Positions 57,208 to 60,585 of a DNA stretch of 60,585 nt are shown here, piece by piece. The notes under the pieces were generated by a model that did not search any database, had not been told where the DNA came from, and saw nothing but the letters and a program-made list of their open reading frames with translations. Numbering within the stretch: the stretch's first letter is position 1; the number at the start of each line of letters is the position of its first letter. A program made the translations under genes and the position numbers. Origin of the DNA: a virus; IMG/VR virus record IMGVR_UViG_3300034069_001005, positions 1 through 60,585 of that record, one strand, 5' to 3'.

Positions 57208-57615
57208 ATGCCCGGCGTCGATGCACAGACGGGCCGCGCTCTGGGGGGCTTCCCCCACGTCATCCAGACCGTTGGCTTCATCTTCTCGACGCCGCGCGGC
57301 TCGCGGGTCCGCCGCCGATCGCTGGGCACCTTCGTGCCCAACCTGTTCGGCCAAAGCCTGAACGAGCAGACGATCCAGAGCTATCGCATCGCGGTCTGCT
57401 GCGGGATCACCCTGTACGAAAAGCGCCTGCTCATCGTCCGAACCCAGATCCTCCGGGCGGACAATACGCCCGAGAAGCTGCGGGCCGGGGAGTTCGCCTT
57501 CGGCATCAAGGCGCTTTACCGGCCGCGGGCGCTCCTGGGCGATTACACCGTGGAGCCTGGGGAACGGACAATCTATATCGGGCAGGGCGCATCCGATGGG
57601 GTGCTCGTGATCTAG
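57208..57615 (+). CDS. Baseplate protein W (GPW/gp25 family)
   Basis: GGFPHVIQTVGFIFSTPRGSRVRRRSLGTFVPNLFGQ matches the gp25-like lysozyme-fold baseplate family. Confidence 0.8.
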   Translation: MPGVDAQTGRALGGFPHVIQTVGFIFSTPRGSRVRRRSLGTFVPNLFGQSLNEQTIQSYRIAVCCGITLYEKRLLIVRTQILRADNTPEKLRAGEFAFGIKALYRPRALLGDYTVEPGERTIYIGQGASDGVLVI

Positions 57616-57624
57616 GACACCACC

Positions 57625-58581
57625 ATGGCGTTGAGCGCGGTTCTTTCCCTCGATCTCCTCCCCGCGTTCCAACTCGTGGAGGTGGACTTCGATGCCGAGC
57701 GAGCGGCGCTCTTGGCCGGGTTCATCGAGCGTTGCAAGGCCAACGGCTTCGATTACGACGTGAGCGCCAGCGATTTCGATCCGGTGATTCCGCTGATCGA
57801 GGAGTTCGCCGATCGGCGCTGCCGCGGCCTCGAGGCGCTCAACGATGCCGGCAAGCGACTATCCTTGGCGACGGCCTATGGCGCGGCCCTCGATCACATC
57901 GCGGCGACCTACTATGCGGACGTGGGCGTGGCGCGCCAGGCGATCGTCGCCAACCCCCGCCCCTATCTGCTGTTCCCGCAGGACTGGGAGAGCGACGACC
58001 GCTTCCGACGCCGCATCCAGCTGGCGCCAGACGCCCGCACGGCCGGCACGCTCGGGTCCTATGAATATCACGCGCTCACCGCCGCCCCGTTTCTCATCGA
58101 CGCGCAGGCGTTCAACTATGCGTCCGGGCTCTGCCGGCCGGGCGAAGTGCTGGTGGTGGTCCTCGGCAAGGACCCGAACCCTGATCCGAACCTCGACGTC
58201 CCGGCGCAAGACGAGGCCGCCCAGCTGGCGCTCGCGCAGAACGCCCTCCTGGATCGTGACATCAAGGAGGCAACGGACATCGTCCGAGTCATCCCGGCGA
58301 CCCGCGTCCCCGTGACCATCTCGGCGGTGCTCGGCCTTCCCCCGGGCCCGGATCCCGCCGTGATTGTGAGCGCGGCACGCTCCGCGGTTTCGACCTATGC
58401 CGCGGACGCCGCGGCCCACATCGCGCGGGAGATGACCGAGTCCGGCCAGAAGGCGGCGCTCTACGTCGGCGGCGTCAGGCGGGTGCGCCTCATCGGCACG
58501 CCCGAGGATGTCGATCCGGGACCCACGGGGGTGCTGGTGCCCACCATCGGCTCGATCACCACCGAGATCTTCAATGGCTGA
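57625..58581 (+). CDS. Baseplate protein J
   Basis: 318 aa after gpW. The pattern DFDAERAALLAGF...DPVIPLIEEFA...ATAYGAALDHIAA is that of Baseplate_J. Confidence 0.8.
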   Translation: MALSAVLSLDLLPAFQLVEVDFDAERAALLAGFIERCKANGFDYDVSASDFDPVIPLIEEFADRRCRGLEALNDAGKRLSLATAYGAALDHIAATYYADVGVARQAIVANPRPYLLFPQDWESDDRFRRRIQLAPDARTAGTLGSYEYHALTAAPFLIDAQAFNYASGLCRPGEVLVVVLGKDPNPDPNLDVPAQDEAAQLALAQNALLDRDIKEATDIVRVIPATRVPVTISAVLGLPPGPDPAVIVSAARSAVSTYAADAAAHIAREMTESGQKAALYVGGVRRVRLIGTPEDVDPGPTGVLVPTIGSITTEIFNG

Positions 58582-59818
58582 CCTCACGGGCGAGGCCGAC
58601 TCCTCGCTGCTCCTCGCCAACCCGACGCCATGGATGCGCTCGGTCTCCGAGGCCGTCGCGGCCTGGGCGCCGATGCCGACGCGGGCGCTCGATACGCTAT
58701 GGGACCCGCGCACATGCCCGGCCGACGTCCTGCCCTATCTGGCCTGGGCGGTGCGGTTGCCTCTCTGGTCGGAAGCCTGGTCGGTCAACAAGCGGCGCTC
58801 CGTGATCGCGGCCTGGATCGAGATCTCGCGCATCCGGGGCACGCGAGAGGCGTTCCGGCGGTGCCTGGAGATCGTGAACGCCACCCTGGTCGATTGGGTG
58901 GTGCCTCCCGCCATCTGCGCGCCCAGGGCGTCCCGCACGGCCGCGGAGCGCGACGCCTACCGGGCACAGTTCCCAGAGGCCCGCGTCTACCTGTTCGCCG
59001 AGCGCGCGGTGCGCGTGGGGCTGCTCACCGTGGGCCGGCCCTGGGGCGGGGCGGCCAGGGCGCCTCAAGCCTCCACCGCCTATCTCCGGCGCGCCTATCG
59101 CGCCGAATATGTCGACGGCGGCGTGACGACGCCGCTCCATGTCCATGCCCTGTCTCCGGAGCAGTTCGCGTCCGGCTCGTTCGAGCTCGATCTACCCGAT
59201 ACGGGCCGGAAGCTCATCCCGGGCGTGCCCTGGGGCGGCTCACGAAAGGCGCCTCTGGCATCCACGGCTCTGGACCGCGTGTTCCGGTTCACGCAAGGCG
59301 GCGGCCGGCCTGACCTTCTCTGGCCCGGCCTGACGCCCTTCTCGCTCCAGCCCGAGCGGGTCGCCCAGGCGCACCCCCTCACGGCGCGCTTGACGCCTGG
59401 TCGGCCCTGGGGCGGCGCGCGCCGCGTGCCGCTGGCCTCGATCGCCGATCAATTCGTCTATCAGTCGATCCGCCTCTACGACCCGAACCGCAGCGTGAAG
59501 GTCAGCGCGTCGAAGCCTGGCGGGTGGATCCTCGGCCGAAGCCAGCTGGGGACCGATCGTTTCCGGATCGACATCGTCGCGGACACCTCCTACCGCGCCC
59601 CGGGCCGGCGCTTCATGCCGGGCCATGTGCTACGAGGGACACCCACGGAGCACGACCCGACGCGCATCAACGACGTCTGCGCCGCGCTCAACGCGGCCAA
59701 GATCGGCAGGGACCGGGTTCTGCTCCGGACCGGCCTCTACCGGCGGGTCTCCGCCGCTGATAACCTCCCACCCACCGGGGCCTACACCGCAGGCCAGATC
59801 ATCAGGACGGATCCGTAG
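58574..59818 (+). CDS. Tail protein I (P2 gpI-like) with C-terminal extension carrying three PWGG repeats
   Basis: LWDPRTCPADVLPYLAWAVRLPLWSEAWSVNKRRSVIAAWIEISRIRGT is the gpI signature. The extension contains GRPWGGAARAPQAS / GVPWGGSRKAPLAS / GRPWGGARRVPLAS. Confidence 0.75.
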   Translation: MADLTGEADSSLLLANPTPWMRSVSEAVAAWAPMPTRALDTLWDPRTCPADVLPYLAWAVRLPLWSEAWSVNKRRSVIAAWIEISRIRGTREAFRRCLEIVNATLVDWVVPPAICAPRASRTAAERDAYRAQFPEARVYLFAERAVRVGLLTVGRPWGGAARAPQASTAYLRRAYRAEYVDGGVTTPLHVHALSPEQFASGSFELDLPDTGRKLIPGVPWGGSRKAPLASTALDRVFRFTQGGGRPDLLWPGLTPFSLQPERVAQAHPLTARLTPGRPWGGARRVPLASIADQFVYQSIRLYDPNRSVKVSASKPGGWILGRSQLGTDRFRIDIVADTSYRAPGRRFMPGHVLRGTPTEHDPTRINDVCAALNAAKIGRDRVLLRTGLYRRVSAADNLPPTGAYTAGQIIRTDP

Positions 59819-60585
59819 ATGCCCGAGCAGACCATCATCTTCCGCAACCGGTACGAGGTCACCGAAGACGACCTCAACGGCATGCAGACCAACCGCCAGG
59901 ATGCGCTCGATCATGTCGTGGGCGACACGATCGACGCGGGCAACGGCTATACCGGATTCGTTGTCACCAAGGGCACGACCACGTCCCTGCTGATCGGCCC
60001 GGGTCGGCTGTATTTCGGCGGCCCGGTCTACTTCAACGATACGGCGCCCGGCACCGAGCTCTCGCTCCTCAAGTATCTGCCCACCACGCAAAGCAAGATC
60101 ATCGCCGTGGTGGTCGTGCCCAAGCTCCAGAGCGTGGACCTCCAGCAGCGTGACTACGAGGTCGACACCACCACGCAGACTTATGAGCCGCAGGACGTGG
60201 CCGTGACCTCGCAGCGCTGGGCGGAGATCCAGGGCGTCGCGGGCGTCGAGGCCGTGCAGCCCTCCAATCCGGTCCTGCCGTCCTCCGTGGTCGTGATCGC
60301 CTACGTCACAATGACGACGGACGGCATCACCCGGATCGACCAAGTGCTCGAGAACATCGAGCCCAACTTGCGCCTGGTCGACGGGCGGACCACGGCGGTC
60401 GAGCTCGAACTGGCCTCCGTGCTCCCGCGCATCAATACGATCGCCGACGACCTGGCGCGCCTCCAGGCGCTCCTCTCGGGCGTGGTGGACGAGACGCTGG
60501 TGGACACCCTGGCGCGCGACATGGGGCGCGTGAAGGCCAAGCTCAATCTGCCGGCCGTCGGCACGCCCTACCGGGAGGACGATTA
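59819..60585 (+). CDS. 5' part of the wrap-around tail-fibre-module structural gene (continues at position 1..1648)
   Basis: ATG 59819 lies immediately after TAG 59816-59818. The frame is stop-free to the window end and in phase with 38..1648 after removing the 141-bp overlap. Confidence 0.75.
   Translation, partial: MPEQTIIFRNRYEVTEDDLNGMQTNRQDALDHVVGDTIDAGNGYTGFVVTKGTTTSLLIGPGRLYFGGPVYFNDTAPGTELSLLKYLPTTQSKIIAVVVVPKLQSVDLQQRDYEVDTTTQTYEPQDVAVTSQRWAEIQGVAGVEAVQPSNPVLPSSVVVIAYVTMTTDGITRIDQVLENIEPNLRLVDGRTTAVELELASVLPRINTIADDLARLQALLSGVVDETLVDTLARDMGRVKAKLNLPAVGTPYREDD
60445..60585. repeat. Terminal overlap, second copy (identical to 1-141)
   Basis: See the first copy. Confidence 0.95.

Overview
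The window is a circularly closed, high-GC tailed-phage (or phage-plasmid) genome. The unique length is 60,444 bp, shown with a 141-bp terminal overlap (1-141 = 60445-60585), and one tail-fibre-module gene reads through the junction in phase. I call about 85 protein genes in four blocks. (i) A ~31-kb rightward late block runs 45202 -> end -> 1 -> 18577. It starts with a ParB-like nuclease, an ABC-ATPase::GNAT fusion and a formyltransferase, all translationally coupled to a lambda-type Nu1/A terminase. Next come a lambda-type portal, a gpW-like protein, an S49 protease/scaffold, a gpD-like decoration protein and a gpE-like major capsid protein. A P2-type contractile tail follows: V, W, J, I, fibre module, sheath, tube, E/E+E' chaperone with a -1 slippery site, tape measure, U, X, D. 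The block ends with a lysis cassette (DUF3380-type muramidase, GTA-type 3TM holin) and a terminal moron encoding a nucleoside-hydrolase-like/FN3/LamG-like protein. (ii) A leftward early recombination operon runs 25231 -> 18563: SMC/Rad50-like ATPase, RecE-like PD-(D/E)XK exonuclease, annealing-protein candidate, DnaQ-like exonuclease, HNH-like and zinc-finger proteins. (iii) A rightward replication/modification operon runs 25784 -> 32755: ASCH, HTH, HNH, RuvC-like, PAPS-reductase-like, MT-A70 methyltransferase, primase, DnaB. (iv) A mixed region 33178 -> 45120 holds an inverted DUF932 cassette, a displaced gpZ-like gene, a ParB/KorB-like protein and many small ORFans. I recognised no integrase, transposase, tRNA, rRNA or CRISPR array. 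The main findings are these. (a) A 17-bp palindrome (RTAACCG-N3-CGGTTAY) occurs at 11 dispersed intergenic sites and is built into sigma70-like promoters. (b) The nuclease/ATPase-GNAT/formyltransferase trio is fused to the packaging operon. (c) A 124-129-aa alternative-frame ORF carries the coding GC3 signature inside the low-complexity linker of the recombinase-candidate gene. (d) There is a 660-bp strongly C-skewed non-coding region, plus several candidate small non-coding transcription units. All family assignments come from motif recognition by eye, not database searches.
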